Shown piece by piece: positions 26,155 to 40,100 of a stretch of 64,000 bases of DNA (position 1 is the first letter of the stretch; each line of letters starts with the position of its first letter). Made by a program: the position numbers and the translations under genes. The notes beneath the pieces were generated by a model. That model saw only the letters and a list, made by a program, of their open reading frames with translations. It was not told the origin of the DNA and searched no databases. This stretch comes from Lytechinus pictus (taxonomy: Eukaryota): contig NC_087254.1 in the NCBI RefSeq assembly GCF_037042905.1, positions 35,340,001-35,404,000 of the forward strand, read 5' to 3'.

Positions 26155-26817
26155 ATGCAGAACAACAATAATCATATCGGAGTAGGTGAAGCCGAGAGAA
26201 GAGTCATTCGAACAAAATCATCATCAAACTCATTGCCCTTATCATCGTCATCGTCGTCACATCGGGATCGAATAAGCGGTAAGAAGAACAATTCTGATCG
26301 CAACATCACTTACACAATGAACGCTAAACTTGACGTCGAAAGCTATGATCCTAAAACGGTCCACGTTAATAATTGCGTCGTTGAGATTATTGGGAGGTCG
26401 GCGTCGAAACGTGATGCCGACAAAAGCTCTAACCACGCCGTTTACGTAAATAACGACAACGATAATCAGTCAGTCGAAGAATATGGCCCATCGCGGTGGA
26501 AGAAGAGATGCATTAAAATTTCATGGTATGTCGTGATCGGAGCTTTCTTGACTGCTTGTCCCGTGTTCGCTGCCGGCATCGTGCTCGGTGTCATGGCTTA
26601 CTCTGATCGCCCTACAGCACACCTGCTTGTAAAACCAGCCAACATCGTTCTCAGTATGTTTTTCTTTCTGATCGGTGTAGGAGTGGGGTTCCTGATATTT
26701 ATGTTTATTAGAAAACGTCTTGGATTCTGGGCCAAGGAAGATCAGAGGGAAATGGTGACCGATTTCAGCAACTTTATTCATGAGGAACCGACTGTGGTGA
26801 GTGTCTGGATTATGTAG
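26155..26817 (+). CDS. two-TM hairpin membrane protein B; possible last exon 28578-28604
   Basis: 220-aa ORF after the acceptor at 26115. TM region IGAFLTACPVFAAGIVLGVMAYSDRP...LVKPANIVL aligns with gene A (G.FL.ACP.F..G.VL.V...D.P...L.KP). Phase-0 donor GTG|GTGAGT at 26797 matches the acceptor at 28577, giving VIRDSIVR*. Confidence 0.85.
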   Translation: MQNNNNHIGVGEAERRVIRTKSSSNSLPLSSSSSSHRDRISGKKNNSDRNITYTMNAKLDVESYDPKTVHVNNCVVEIIGRSASKRDADKSSNHAVYVNNDNDNQSVEEYGPSRWKKRCIKISWYVVIGAFLTACPVFAAGIVLGVMAYSDRPTAHLLVKPANIVLSMFFFLIGVGVGFLIFMFIRKRLGFWAKEDQREMVTDFSNFIHEEPTVVSVWIM

Positions 26818-27541
26818 GCCACACCCACCCACAACCACCCTTACACACAAACCTTTCGCGTTTTGGTTTGGATGTACGTTTTTAACAGCCCCAGGCCACG
26901 GACATTAAACTTAATTGTCCAGTATTTTGTCAATATTATATTCCATGCTGTAATGACCTATTAATTAATATCATTAGACAGACATGGCCCCCAAAATGTA
27001 GTAAAATGTACCTCATGATTATGACTTGATTTTGGCAAATGAAATTTGAATTAAATCGAGTCAGTTTGACCTGAAGAGTTCGAGGACCGTTGGATTAGTC
27101 AAAAGTCAAACTTTTTTTTAATTATTACATAACAAAATAGTAGTAAACACAACATATATCAATCAATAAAACCAGAGACCCGTCTGACAAAGAATTACGA
27201 TTGACCCAATCAATCACAGCTATGGAAAGCCAGCAGCGTCAACATCTAAAACACTAGTTTGTTCAAAATCTTTTCTAGATATGATGTATATTCATACATT
27301 CATCATTTCTTTGAGAATTCAGTGTGCTTCCCTTTGTCTTCAAAGGACATTGTGCAAATATCTTGAAGAAAAAATTTGAAGTTGATGGTTTTCCATATAC
27401 TTGAGGTTGATCGGATCAATCGTAACTCTAAACATGCTCAGGGAAGAAAGTTTTCCATGATTTAAGGAAGGCATGAATACGTGCTTGAAAAAAATAACAG
27501 CAATATTAATCCTTTGGCATTTTTAAATTAAGCGTTGTTGT

Positions 27542-28140
27542 TTAAAGGGGAATGGAACCTTTGGAACGAGTGGGTTTATGTGGAAAGAGAAAAATCAAAG
27601 AATAAGATCAAAGAATGTTGGAGAAAAATCGGACAAATAATGAGAAAGTTATGAGCATTTGAATATTGCGATCACCAATGCTATGGAGATCCTCCTATTG
27701 GCAATGCAACAGAGATGTGTGATGTCACATGTGAACAACTTTCCCAGTGATGGACTATAAAATACCCCCAAAATGTCTTCTTCTTTTTTTGCTCTTTCTT
27801 ATGGTGAAACAAACTCTTTATCCATAATGCATTATTTAAAAATCTGTATTACATGCCCTTCTATAGGAAGAATTCACGATCTTCTGATAGATGTGATAAA
27901 AAGAGGCAGTTAAAGTTAAATATGTAGAAAAGTAATGGGAAAGTTGTTCACATGTGACATCACACATCTTTGTCGCATTGCCAACTGGAGGATCTACATT
28001 ATAATAATGATCTAAACTTTAAATGCTCATAGCTTTCTTATTATTTATTCAATTTTTCTCAAACTTTCGTTGATCTGTTTCTTTGAGTTTCCTGTTCTCA
28101 CACAAGTTACCTGGTTTTAAAAGTTTCCTTTTTCCCTTAA
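27542..28140. mobile_element. TTAA-flanked foldback MITE with ~200-bp TIRs
   Basis: TTAA|AGGGGAATG... and ...TTCCC|TTAA ends. Inverted blocks GATGTGTGATGTCACATGTGAACAACTTTCCC / GGGAAAGTTGTTCACATGTGACATCACACATC. Confidence 0.85.
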
Positions 28141-30401
28141 ATTTCATTTTTATTGTTAAAAATGTTTACACTACCTGATCCCGGGACCCGATCACTTCAT
28201 TTTCTAAACCCGGTTGTTTAGAGCATTTTGTTTCATTTGAATGATGTTGTAATCAAATATTTGACTATACTTTTTAATCTAAACTTTAAAAACGCTGTTT
28301 AAAATTATAAGCACTTTGTATATGCCCGTCACTCCAACAAGAGTACTACTGCTTAAAGCTTTGAGCAAGTTCATTAACTTTTTAACCAAGCTTAAACATT
28401 GAAATATAAAAACAAGTTTAAGCAATTGTTTAAATGTTCAAAAAAAAAAATTGAATGACGGGTTTAAACAATGTCCTAAACATTTGAAACTGCGTTTTTA
28501 CAATGTGGGTAGAGCACGGACGGTAGAAACGTTCCCTCTTTGTTAACGCTATAATCTTATCTATCTATATATTTCAGGTTATCCGGGATTCAATAGTAAG
28601 ATAGCTGTCATCTGTCATATGGAAATGAATTAGTCATATTCATGAAATTCTGCATATTCAACGAAACGGCAAAACCAACGGCAAATACATCTGAGCAACA
28701 GTACGGAATACTATAACTTCGAAAGGCGATGTTCAGACGAAAAGCAATTAAAATGTACAATCGAAGAAATCTACTCAGTTTGCAATCATCGCAACGAAGT
28801 GCGTTGTATGACTAGATTTTAGAAATATATTTTAATATATTTCATATGAATATACATCTTAAATATAAATGCTGACTAATGCACCCAATTATGAATTGTT
28901 TACCATGTATATGGTGTAATTATGTACATCGCATGGAAATAATAAGGAGGACAAATTGGTAAAGAAGAAGATTATTGAAAAGGCAGTTTTAATGTGATAT
29001 AATTTTAACATTGGCCAAGAAATGGATGTACAGAGTTTGCAGAGAAAAAAAGTCACAATAGATCGTCTCAAACCTCTTTTGGTTTGTATCAATTTTGGTT
29101 TGAGCATTTACTAGTACTAGTATATGGTCATTATAGCAGGGCCGCTGGGAGTACAGTTTTCAGAACTGAAGCGGCTTCCCTGGGTAAATATTTATTATTA
29201 TTCTTATTATTATTATTATTATAGTTTATGTGCTTTGATGGTCTATGAGAGCTTAAATTGAAAATGCAAAATATCATTTTTGTGAACATCCATAGCATCA
29301 ACATCCGTATAACAGAATCATTAGCATTCTGAATTTTTATATTTTGGATCACGGAAATTTTATTATCATTTTCTCTTCTCTCATTCTTTCTCTCTCTTTA
29401 CAAAATTAGGTTCATATTTGTTTGGATTTAGGGCTGTAAGCCGAAAGATGATCGGATCATGAATTTCATTGCTTAAAATGATAATCTTGAAACGATAATA
29501 TGGATAATATATGGATATTCTGAAACAGAAAATACAGAGAAGGTCGAGTATAAATTAGAAATTCATGCTTTAATTTTTTTTCGATTGTACTTTTGGGATG
29601 TTTGAATAAAGGTAAGTCCGTTTTGGATATATTAAGCTAAACATTTTAATTGATGTGTTCTATAATCATAAAACTATCCATGTGGGATAAATTGAACACA
29701 CGTCACGATAATTCCTTAGCAATCCAACATTTGTGATATATCGCTGATTTGTAGGAGGCCATTATGCCAAAACGCGAAAGCACTGTAGAAATGAAATTCC
29801 TTCAAGTAATTGCACTGCGACAAAAAAGAAAATGCCTCATTTAATTCTGTATTGTAGATGAATAACATGCCTGGTTAGTGGTTTGCTTTAACCCGTCAAA
29901 GAAATTTTGTAAATAAAATAGGACCAATTCCTCTATGACGTTATTTTCTATTAATGTATGACGTGTTTTTTTGTAATCTAACATGTTTGTGAAACTTAAT
30001 CATTGAATAATAAAAACTTGTTATTCTGAAGGGTTTTTTATTCCGAAAATGAAATAAGATTCGATGCTCCGATTTGGTACTACGAAAATGAAATAAGGTT
30101 CGATATTCCGAAGATTAATCTTTTAAAAAAGTAAAAAATAAAATTCGTTATTCCAAGGTTTGATCTAAACCGGAAATAAAGTTTTGTTCGTACTATATGT
30201 ATATGTCATATTTTCGTACTGACAATTTCCTTTTTGGAGTATCAAGTCTACGAATCTAAACTAACCATTACACTGCGGACTATCGAATTTTTTTTTTGTC
30301 GGACTAACAAACTTTCGAATGATAAACCTTTGGATTAATACCGCGTATTTTCGGTTTATCAAATCCATACTCATGTTTAGACTAACGAGTAACGACAATA
30401 C

Positions 30402-30545
30402 GGGTCGCGAGGTCAAGTGGTTCGAGCACTGGACTGTGAGGTCGTGAGTTCGAATCCCCGCTTAGCCATTATTTCTATTTTAAACAGGAAGGCCCGAGAG
30501 TAATTTCTGTCGTTTATTAAGGTCAGCCACTGTAACTGATAATCC
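30402..30545 (+). mobile_element. tRNA-derived SINE, same family as about 52890-53460
   Basis: GGTCAAGTGG A box and GAGTTCGAATCC B box. Tail GTCGTTTATTAAGGTCAGCCACTGTAACTGATA is shared with 53420-53452. Confidence 0.7.
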
Positions 30546-31739
30546 TAATGGTTGGTGCAGGTGCAAGAAAAACTTTACTGCAAGTCAAATATGGGTTTCA
30601 AAATCAACCATATGTCTTGCAACTAATCACAAATTTGTAGTTGATTGCTGTACTGCTTCTTGTAAGAAAGAGTGTCAACTGCTTTGCTACAGCTAAAATT
30701 AATGCATCACTTCTAAAATTGCAACATAAATTTGCAATTGACTGCGAAATATTTTGTTACAACACCATCTTAGACGTAAATGTTTCCTATGTAATGGGTT
30801 ATTCAACACATCCGAAAGCAGCGCGGCCGAGATCCTACAGGAGTTACTTCGAATGAACATCAGTTCATGCTGGTGTATGTAAATTGCATTGTATTTCGTT
30901 ATTAATGAACATTCGGAATAACAGGCATAATATCGTTTGAATATCATATTTTTGGTTTGGGGTGTATGCGGCACTGAATGTGCAACTTGTTTCGTTCCAT
31001 GCTAACGGGTAAACGGACGATATGAACGTTATTCATAGTATTGACGGATTACGTAACACAATTGACGGCATACAAATCGATCTATGATGTGTTTCAAATT
31101 CCTTTTACCACGTTACAATTCTCTGTATTACAACATAATAAGCAGCCGACGAACACGATCAGCCAAGAATAGATCTACCTTGATCACTTTATGGTAAGTT
31201 GAATTGATTTCTATTAATAGTATATTTAAGAACAATAGAATCAAGAAAAAAAAGAAAAGGGAAATTCCCTCATTATTGGATAAGCGTCCTCAAACTGATA
31301 TTAATTATTAATTCTTATGCATATGGTTATCGTTGATATATGTACGTACCTCTGTTATCTCACACGCGTCACATCTTACGTCACGTCATTCATTTCATAG
31401 TAAAAACTACTTGTGCATTGCATCCGATTATCAAATACCCAATTCAAGTAAGTGTTTGGGAATTGATGACAAAGTGCACTTTATGGTACTTTGCGTGATT
31501 TACGCCTATTATTGTCATCTGGGTACTGGTATGATAAAAGATTATTTGCTTCTACCGTTCCTTAAAGTGGGCCATGACAATATATAGACCAAGAAAGTCG
31601 TGATTGTGGAATTAAAAAAGAAAATCTGAAATGGTAATACTTAAGATGATGATGCTACAAATCCTAACAAAAGATACGGTACAACTCCGTTGGTAAATTG
31701 CTCGTACAATTATGTCACGGATTTCAAAAGTGTAAAATT

Positions 31740-32697
31740 AACAAGTGGAATGCCTCTGGCCGTCTCACCTGCATCACGCGATTCAATATAGCAGCAGTGC
31801 TGATTTTGAAAACTACTATAACTCGCACAAGATGTTCAGTGATACTTGGTTACTCGTATTTCCACGTTTTATGAACTAGACCAATACACTTATAGAGATA
31901 TGATGGCAATTCAACAAATACCCCCAACGTGGCCAAAGTTCTTTGACCTTACATGACCTTTGACCTTGATCATGTGACCTGAAACTCGCACAGGATGTTC
32001 AGTGATACTTGATTACTCTTATGTCCAAGTTTTATGAACTAGACCAACACACTTTCAAATTTATGGCTGTAATTCAACAAATACCCCAATTTGGCCAAAG
32101 TTCATTGACCCTAAATGACCTTTGACCTTGATCATGTGACCTGAAACTTGCACAGGATGTTCAGTAATACTTGATTACTATTATGTCCAAGTTTCATGAA
32201 TCAGATCCATAAACTTTCAAAGTTATGATGGTAATTCAACAGATACCCCCAATTCGGCCAAAGTTCATTGACCCTAAATGACCTTTGACCTTGGTCATGT
32301 GACGTGAAACTCATGCAGGATGTTCAGTGATACTTGATAAACCTTATGTATAAGTTTCATGAACTAGGTCCATATATTTTCTAAGTTATGATGACATTTC
32401 AAAAACTTAACCTTAGGTTAAGATTTTGATGTTGATTCCCCCAACATGGTCTAAGTTCATTGACCCTAAATGACCTTTGACCTTGGTCATGTGACATGAA
32501 ACTCAGGCAGGATGTTCAGTAATACTTGATTAACCTTATGGCCAAGTTTCATGAACTAGGTCCATATACTTTCTAAGTTATGCTGTCATTTCAAAAACTT
32601 AACCTCAGGTTAAGATTTGGTGTTGACGCCGCCGCCGCCGCCGCCGTCGGAAAAGCGGCGCCTATAGTCTCACTCTGCTATGCAGGTGAGACAAAAA
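31740..32697. mobile_element. Helentron-associated (HINE/DINE-like) non-autonomous element with internal ~120-180-bp tandem repeats
   Basis: ACAAG start, subterminal IR GTCTCACCTGCA (31762) / TGCAGGTGAGAC (32681), GCC microsatellite and hairpin near the end. Internal units carry TGACCTTTGACCTTG..CATGTGAC and GGATGTTCAGT. Confidence 0.8.
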
Positions 32698-33100
32698 TGA
32701 ATCAGTAATTGTCATGCAGGTTAAATCTATGATTTTTTTTTATTCATTTAGATACTAATATTGCCCTTGAATTAAAAAAACTAATCGACAGCAATTTACC
32801 ATGGTTATAAAAAAAAACGTTCGTATGAAAATACATGTATAAGTCCAAAATAAAAGGTTTCCTTATTCATCTATACTCAGATAAATTGTTAAAAGATAAT
32901 TATGTTGGTTAACATTCTTACTGTTTACCATCGTTCAAAAGTTTATTTTCAGTTTAGTTTCAATTGAATATTATATGTAAGTTTGCCTGCTTCTGCTTGT
33001 GATTATTGTTAATAAAGAATAGTTTATTGATAAAATGAGATAAATTAATGTTTTTTTTCATCTGGTACTTAATTGTGTGTGTTGTAACAGGCCTGGGTTC

Positions 33101-33273
33101 CTTGGGAGCATTTCATCAACATTAATTTTGTCATCCGACAAGTTGGCAGATTTTAGGCTTTCCTTGATTCTGATTGGCTGAGAAGCACTGTTACAATAGC
33201 AACTGTCATAAACATCCGGTATTGTTGGATTATACGTCCGACAAGTCCTTTGATGAAAATAATGCTCACCAGG
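33101..33273. mobile_element. short MITE, other copies at 41757-41926 and about 45445-45550
   Basis: GGGAGCATTTCATCAA ... TTGATGAAA(ATA)ATGCTC.CCAGG ends. Internal TCCGACAAG and CTGATTGGCTGAGA are shared between copies. Confidence 0.75.
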
Positions 33274-33573
33274 TATGATAGGATTAGGGTGAAGCATTCT
33301 TAGATATTTTGTTGTGCAAGCACTGGTTTACATTTTGAAACGATTATTCAATCCCCTTATTTCATTTAACAGTATTATGATACTAAATGACGATTATAAT
33401 AAAAAAAATGTAATAAATCGCAAGTTATGCATTATAGCTTTGGCCATTTTTTAAAAGAAAATATCAGTGTTGTGAAAAAGGTGAATATAGAATATTGGTA
33501 GGCGTCTTCCTTTCCTGGCAGACATTTTTTATGGCCACACCAAAACTGCAAAAGAGGGAGGATAGCTCTGATA

Positions 33574-34070
33574 TGAATGACTGAATGAGTGGATGAATGA
33601 ATGAATGGATTGATAGATGAATGGATGAGTGAATGAATAAAAGAATAAATGAATGGATGAAAATTNNNNNNNNNNNNNNNNNNNNNNNNNNNNNNNNNNN
33701 NNNNNNNNNNNNNNNNNNNNNNNNNNNNNNNNNNNNNNNNNNNNNNNNNNNNNNNNNNNNNNNNNNNNNNNNNNNNNNNNNNNNNNNNNNNNNNNNNNNN
33801 NNNNNNNNNNNNNNNNNNNNNNNNNNNNNNNNNNNNNNNNNAATGAATGGATGAAAATGNNNNNNNNNNNNNNNNNNNNNNNNNNNNNNNNNNNNNNNNN
33901 NNNNNNNNNNNNNNNNNNNNNNNNNNNNNNNNNNNNNNNNNNNNNNNNNNNNNNNNNNNNNNNNNNNNNNNNNNNNNNNNNNNNNNNNNNNNNNNNNNNN
34001 NNNNNTGAATGCAAGTAGGAATTAATGAATGTACGGATGGATGAATAAACGAAATGAATGATTGAACTGA
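33574..34070. repeat. (GAAT/GGAT)n microsatellite spanning two N gaps
   Basis: TGAATGAATGGATG runs flank the Ns. Confidence 0.85.
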
Positions 34071-34121
34071 ATCTTGTCCTCTTTTCTGGAAAATTTGCCA
34101 TTCACTGCATTTAGATACACA

Positions 34122-37100
34122 ATGTGTGATGAGGATGGAGCCCCCGTATCCCCATCCACATGCCCCAACATTCTCCAGGCAGCCCGTTGCCATGGTGACG
34201 CTACCAGGATGCGATCCAAGCCTCCTTGTGTGTTTGAGATGGTTGCTTCCGTGGGGTTCTTACTCCTCATCATCGGCTGTCTCGTCGTCGTCGTCGGTGG
34301 TGGTCGAAGACCACGAGGTCAAGCAGGACTTGTAGGGCTGTTCATCATATCAACCGGATTTTCATTGCTCATGGGTAAATACCTTTTTTTATCAGTAACG
34401 CTGCCGCAATTTTCAGATTGAAAAGGGGCGATTCAGACAAGGAAATTTCTCCCAATGAAATGTGCAAGGTAGGAGCTTGAAGCTTCAGTTTTTTCTCTCG
34501 GCTTGAAAAAAAAATGGTTTCATTTATATAGTTTTCACAGGAGGATTGTTGAAAAGCAAACCGGAATAAAAACAAAGATTAAAGGAAAGATGCTCATTTC
34601 ATTTGGAGATAACATAGCTTTTATCCTCACGATACTCCGTGTGTTCGTGTCTCCATCCAGTTATAAATTATTCCTGTTTCAAAGTGCATTTGCCAAATTT
34701 AATTTCCCATACTTGGACGGAAATAAAACTTAAAAAAGAATAAAACAGCTGCATTATTCTTTACTTGGAGATTATTAACAAAGACTATTGTCATTACCAT
34801 TTTTATCAAATATAAAACGGACTTATTTCTAGCATCAATGTCGTACGGTGTAGCTTAATGAAAAATAGAGATGAAAAAGTCTTCAGAACAAATATAATTT
34901 TTATTCGACATAATAAAACTATACGACATGAATACAAATATTGGCTTCAAAATATATAGAACGGATGTTAAAATGCTAAAACTTTTCAAATGCAATGTAT
35001 TAAAATATATTCGAACACTGTAAAAAAAAAAACATTGAATCAGTAGTTAACACTTAATGTATTTAAGTAGAATTTACAATTTGTAATTATTTTTCGTTGT
35101 TTTTAAGTAGTTTCAACTTGTCTTTTAATTTACTTGATTTACTTGATTTATTTGGGTTCAATATACATTTAAGAAAATTCACGTATTGATAGCTTGCTTT
35201 GATTGAGTAAATCTAACTCAATTAGGCAAAGATGATTATTACTTATAAAATCATGTTGAATGTACTTATATTTTCAATTAACGCCATATTTAAATAATGC
35301 ATGAATATTCATTAGAGCAAGTAAATGTGTTTTTTTTTTAATAACTGTCATTTCTATTTGTGTTTGAAATTGTTTTGGATAAGGGTGTGCTAACTATTGT
35401 ATTCTTTTGTTGAATAAAAGAAAAAGCAACATTAAATAGTCATTTAGCAGAAAATTATTCTCACTGTTTTATTTGTAAGAATGAAACGATCGCGTATAAA
35501 TATCAATGTCAGTACCTATACATGTACAGGTAAGTGACAATTCACAAAGTCTAATATTTGGATAAAACATGTATAAAATGAAAATGATGCCACCAAAAGT
35601 GGGACGATGGGGGAGCGGACTTTCGAATCACGAAAGTCCATCCACTCCCCCATTTGATATTTTCAAATATTTTGGTGATTGTTTTACTTAATTGAATTAA
35701 GTTATTGTAACTAAATCTTTTGAGTAAAATGGAAGCAAAGAAAATAAGTAAATTTTACTTAAAACTGCCAAAGTCATAAATACTTGAAAAAATTAAGGCA
35801 ATTTTTTGCCACAATTTTATTAAGTAATTTCTACTAATTTTTTTTTACAGTGAACCATTGAATACATGAAATTAATGATTAAAATTCAATGAGAAAACCC
35901 TTCAGTGAAATAGAATAATGATATTTTGATCGAGGGTACATATCCTCATAAATCTTATAAAATCTGACTGAAATACTATTATTTCTGCTAATAGTTAAAT
36001 AAATACAATAACAAACATTCATCTGACATGACTTCTCAAAAACATAACTTTATATTCTTATCAAAATCAAACAATAGAAAAATCAATTTCGAAATAGGTA
36101 CTTTGTATTTCTTTAAAGGGGAATCCAGCCTTGGCCATAAAATGTTGTGTTGGGAAGGAGAAAAATAAATTAAACAGAATGGTGAAAGTTTTAAAGAAAT
36201 CGGTCAAGCAATAAGAAAGTTATAGCTGCTTTAAAATTGAGATCACTAATACTATGTACATTTCAAATTGGCAACTGGGTAAGTAAATTATGACAAGGGG
36301 CAAGGACAACTTTCCCATAGGCCATGTACTTTATTATCAGGGATTTGTGGTTTTCTCATAAGTACCCATTCCCCTGGGGCAGTAATCTAAATATAACCCA
36401 GGTAGTATATTGTTCTATGTCCTCATGAAAGAAAAATATAATTTTAAAAATAAAACATTTGGGAAAAATGACATTTTAGCCATAATATGTATTGGAGTAC
36501 ATGGAAGAGTAGTCCTTGCCTTACATCACTATGCCATCCCATATGCGGCCAATTTGAAGTCTCCATGGGTATAGTGATTACCAATATTTACAACTTTTAA
36601 AAATGTATAACTTTCTTGTTGTTTGTCCAATATTATTCAAACTTTCACCTATCAACTTGTCTGATTTTTCTTTTCCTTATAAAAACAAGTTTTTATTTGG
36701 GTTGGATTCCCCTTTAATGTGCATTTATAAGGAAAATAACTCAATATTTGTATCAAAGTATGTCCCTTCTCTACCTGGCTTCTCGCTCCAAGATGATAGG
36801 TCTACGGGGGTGATACTTTGTGGAGCATTCCGAGTGCCTGTGTATATAATATCTATGGAACATTCCCCAGAGTGTGTAGAAGGCGCACACATACCGCAAG
36901 CCTAAATCAAATGTCTTGATAAAAATCATTGCAGAGCTTATGCATCGTTGATTGTTCGCACCATGATGATTTGCGGTATCGATGACTGGATACGTCACCA
37001 TCTGTCATGGTATAATAATAACCGTATGGAAGTCCAACATCCGTGGTATAATCAAGCTATTCCATTATTTTCGATGGTTATTCCCGGATGTTCGTCAGGA

Positions 37101-40100
37101 GTGAATCCTAGGTTTTCCATCGCTTGCTTTGATGGGCAGTGAGGCTATTGTAAAATAAGTAAATAATAGACAGGATTAGCTTTCTTCAGAAGATAGTCGT
37201 AGTATCGTTTGCATTATTTGAACCAATAACACCAACAACCAAAAGAGAAAATATAGGAAAGATATGACACCTAGACACTGAAATGAACCATGTACAAATA
37301 AGGATAGCATGCAAATAGGTAGAAAAAAATATTGATATTGTACACCAGCCTGTAATGCTGACGGAGTGATAACAACCTTACTGATCTTTGTTCGCTCCGC
37401 CCCCTCCTTGTTATTTTTTTAATAAACAAAAAAAAAGTTAGCCCTAAAACAACACCTTTTTCATGCATAAGCTCTAACAACTATTGGTTAGAGTTTTAAA
37501 CAACATGTTTAAAGTCTTAGACAAGTTGATTTAAGTTTTAAATAAGTTGTTTTAAACTGTAAACAAGTTGTTTAAAAATGTTGGAACAATTTCAAAAAAG
37601 TTTAAACAACGAGTTAGAGTGAAGGAATTAAACAACGTGCTGTTATTTTATTGTGTATACTCACGCATGTTTTATCAGGAGGACGACAGAAAGGTATTGA
37701 ACAGAGAACAATTGCAAATAATGATGTCATCATTGCTGTCAGGGCTATCGTGATTCCAACGATATTCACAATGATTGCTTCCCTGTCCTGAAACAAGTCA
37801 AAATAATACAAATATTCATGCGTAAATGGAAATAATTTATTTCATTGCAAAATAAGAAGACTGAAAATATAATAAATAATAGCAAATTGATAATTGATTC
37901 TAAGAATGAGAGATGTAGGCCTATTATACAAAGTTTTTAGAACGAGGGAGATTTCTCTAGAAGTTTATTTATTTATTTATTTTGTTCTTATTGATAATTT
38001 ATCTCTGTGAATCTAACTTTATTAAACCACGCGGGACCATTTTCTTAATTCAGTTGTTGCCCTGGCCTGTAATGTGCATTACTTATTTAGATCTAACATG
38101 TTTATGAGTGGTGTTAGTTTGGTGTTAGTGCAACTCCTACACTGCAAAACGCCGGTGTTGATTAAACAACAGCCCGGTATTTATGTCGGAAAACACCAGG
38201 GAAGGGTTGAAACAACACCAATTAAGAATCAAACCGATGTTGGTTTAACACTGATTAGTGATGTTTAAATCCATATCTGGTGTTAGCCTAAAGCCGAAGT
38301 AGTGCTGTTTCAAAACCTCTTTGGAGTTTACCGATATAGATCCCGAGCTGGTGTTAAATTAACACCGGTATTTTTGCAGTGTATGGGTGTTATAATATAA
38401 CATTTGGTTATTACTTGTATACACACTGAAAATACTGGGCAACATACTGTCCACTGTGTTGGGCAATGTATGTTGGTAAAACAAATTATATATATATAAT
38501 ATATTCTTGGCAATTATTATCAATTTGAGCAAATTTATTACCCAATTCGGGCAGAATTTTACCAATAGTTGTGTGGATAGTATGTTGCCCAGGGTTGGTT
38601 AAAAGTTTGAAATTTTTTGCCCAACTATTTTAAGAGTGTACACTCTTTGTTATTATGTTTAATTCATGTAGGGTGTACATTTAACACCTCAATGTGTGGT
38701 TATCTACTGGGACCAATACTTTACATACTTACGTTTTGGATGTGATCAGTTGAAAGACCGATGCATAGGATTACAATCAGATCACTCGATATAACAAGAG
38801 ATGCAACAGAGGAACCAAGAAAACCAAATACCTGTGGGAAAAATGATAGAAATTTCCATGTAAGAAAAAATAATCATCTCACTTACATTTTTTACTAAAA
38901 CTTTTCACAAAATTTAGCAAAAATATGCACGAAATTATTCAATTTTACTTTAGAAAATGCAAGAGCGGTCTATTGACAAGCTCGCTCGCTTTGCTCCTTC
39001 GTTTTGAGTTTCTTTGAAAAATTATATTCATATTGCACCCCAAGGAAAACAAAATACTGATACGGTCATGTATATCAAGTGATGCATGGAAATAATAGTA
39101 CTAATGATAATTAATGTAGATATAAATATTTACAATAATAATCATTTTGATCGCTTATATTATCATTTACTTTTAAAATACCAACGTCTCTATTGTCTCT
39201 ACAATAAACAAGAAAAGCATCAGTGTAGAATTACTTCCTTTGATGCACCGAGCGTTTGATGTTGAAGCGACGGCTTGAGCTAAAGCCGGGGTAATAATAG
39301 TTCCGCTTTGTATCATCTGGATAAGCGTGATATAAATCCAGCTATTCTTATTATCACCCCTCCCCCACCCCCATGCACCCCGATCCATCAGTGTAGATAA
39401 TGAAGCAAATACATACTTTGTGGCTTTGTAGAAAATGAAGTGTTTTAACAAAATATAATTACATTCAAAGCACTTACCAAACATCGCATCTTGTTTCGTG
39501 CCACGATACCAAATACCCCAGGGGCCAGGAAAAACTGTGTGATCAATTACGAAGAAAATTTGATATACGTGAGAAAATGAAAAAAATAAGGGTGGTTCTC
39601 TAGTAATCACCAATTAGAAATTATATTTAATCATCTTTTGGGAATTGACAAATATATGTATTAATTGGTAAAATGATAGCATCGATGTATAACATGTCTC
39701 ACATTTTGTGTTTATGTAACTTCCTTGAGCAAAACGTTTTGTGGCTTTTTTCTTTAAGAGTGAAACTGGCAATTATGGTAGTTCCGGTAATTCACTTGTT
39801 AACATTCTTGGCAAAACACTACGTTAATAGGAAAAGCATTTTTAGGTATGAAAATTTATGAATTTCACACCAAAGAGAGAGTTTAGTTTTTATATATTGT
39901 ACTTACCATACCTGCCCAAATTCCTGGCCCAAAATCATGGAACTCACTTTCAACAATAAGGGCAACAATTCCGACAATGATGGATGAAATAGCACACAGA
40001 ATGAGTAATATACCGAGTGAAGTAGACACTTTACCATTGTAGTGCCTTACTTTCCTATGAAAAAATAAATAACATTTTACTTGCTCGCTGAATGAAGTAA

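Noticed and set aside
36793-36905. Candidate second exon of gene C (DDRSTGVILCGAF...)
   Set aside because: Phase-compatible, but it puts DDR inside TM2, uses a weak AAG acceptor and overlaps the MS4A-like 3' UTR. The exon at 44790 fits far better.
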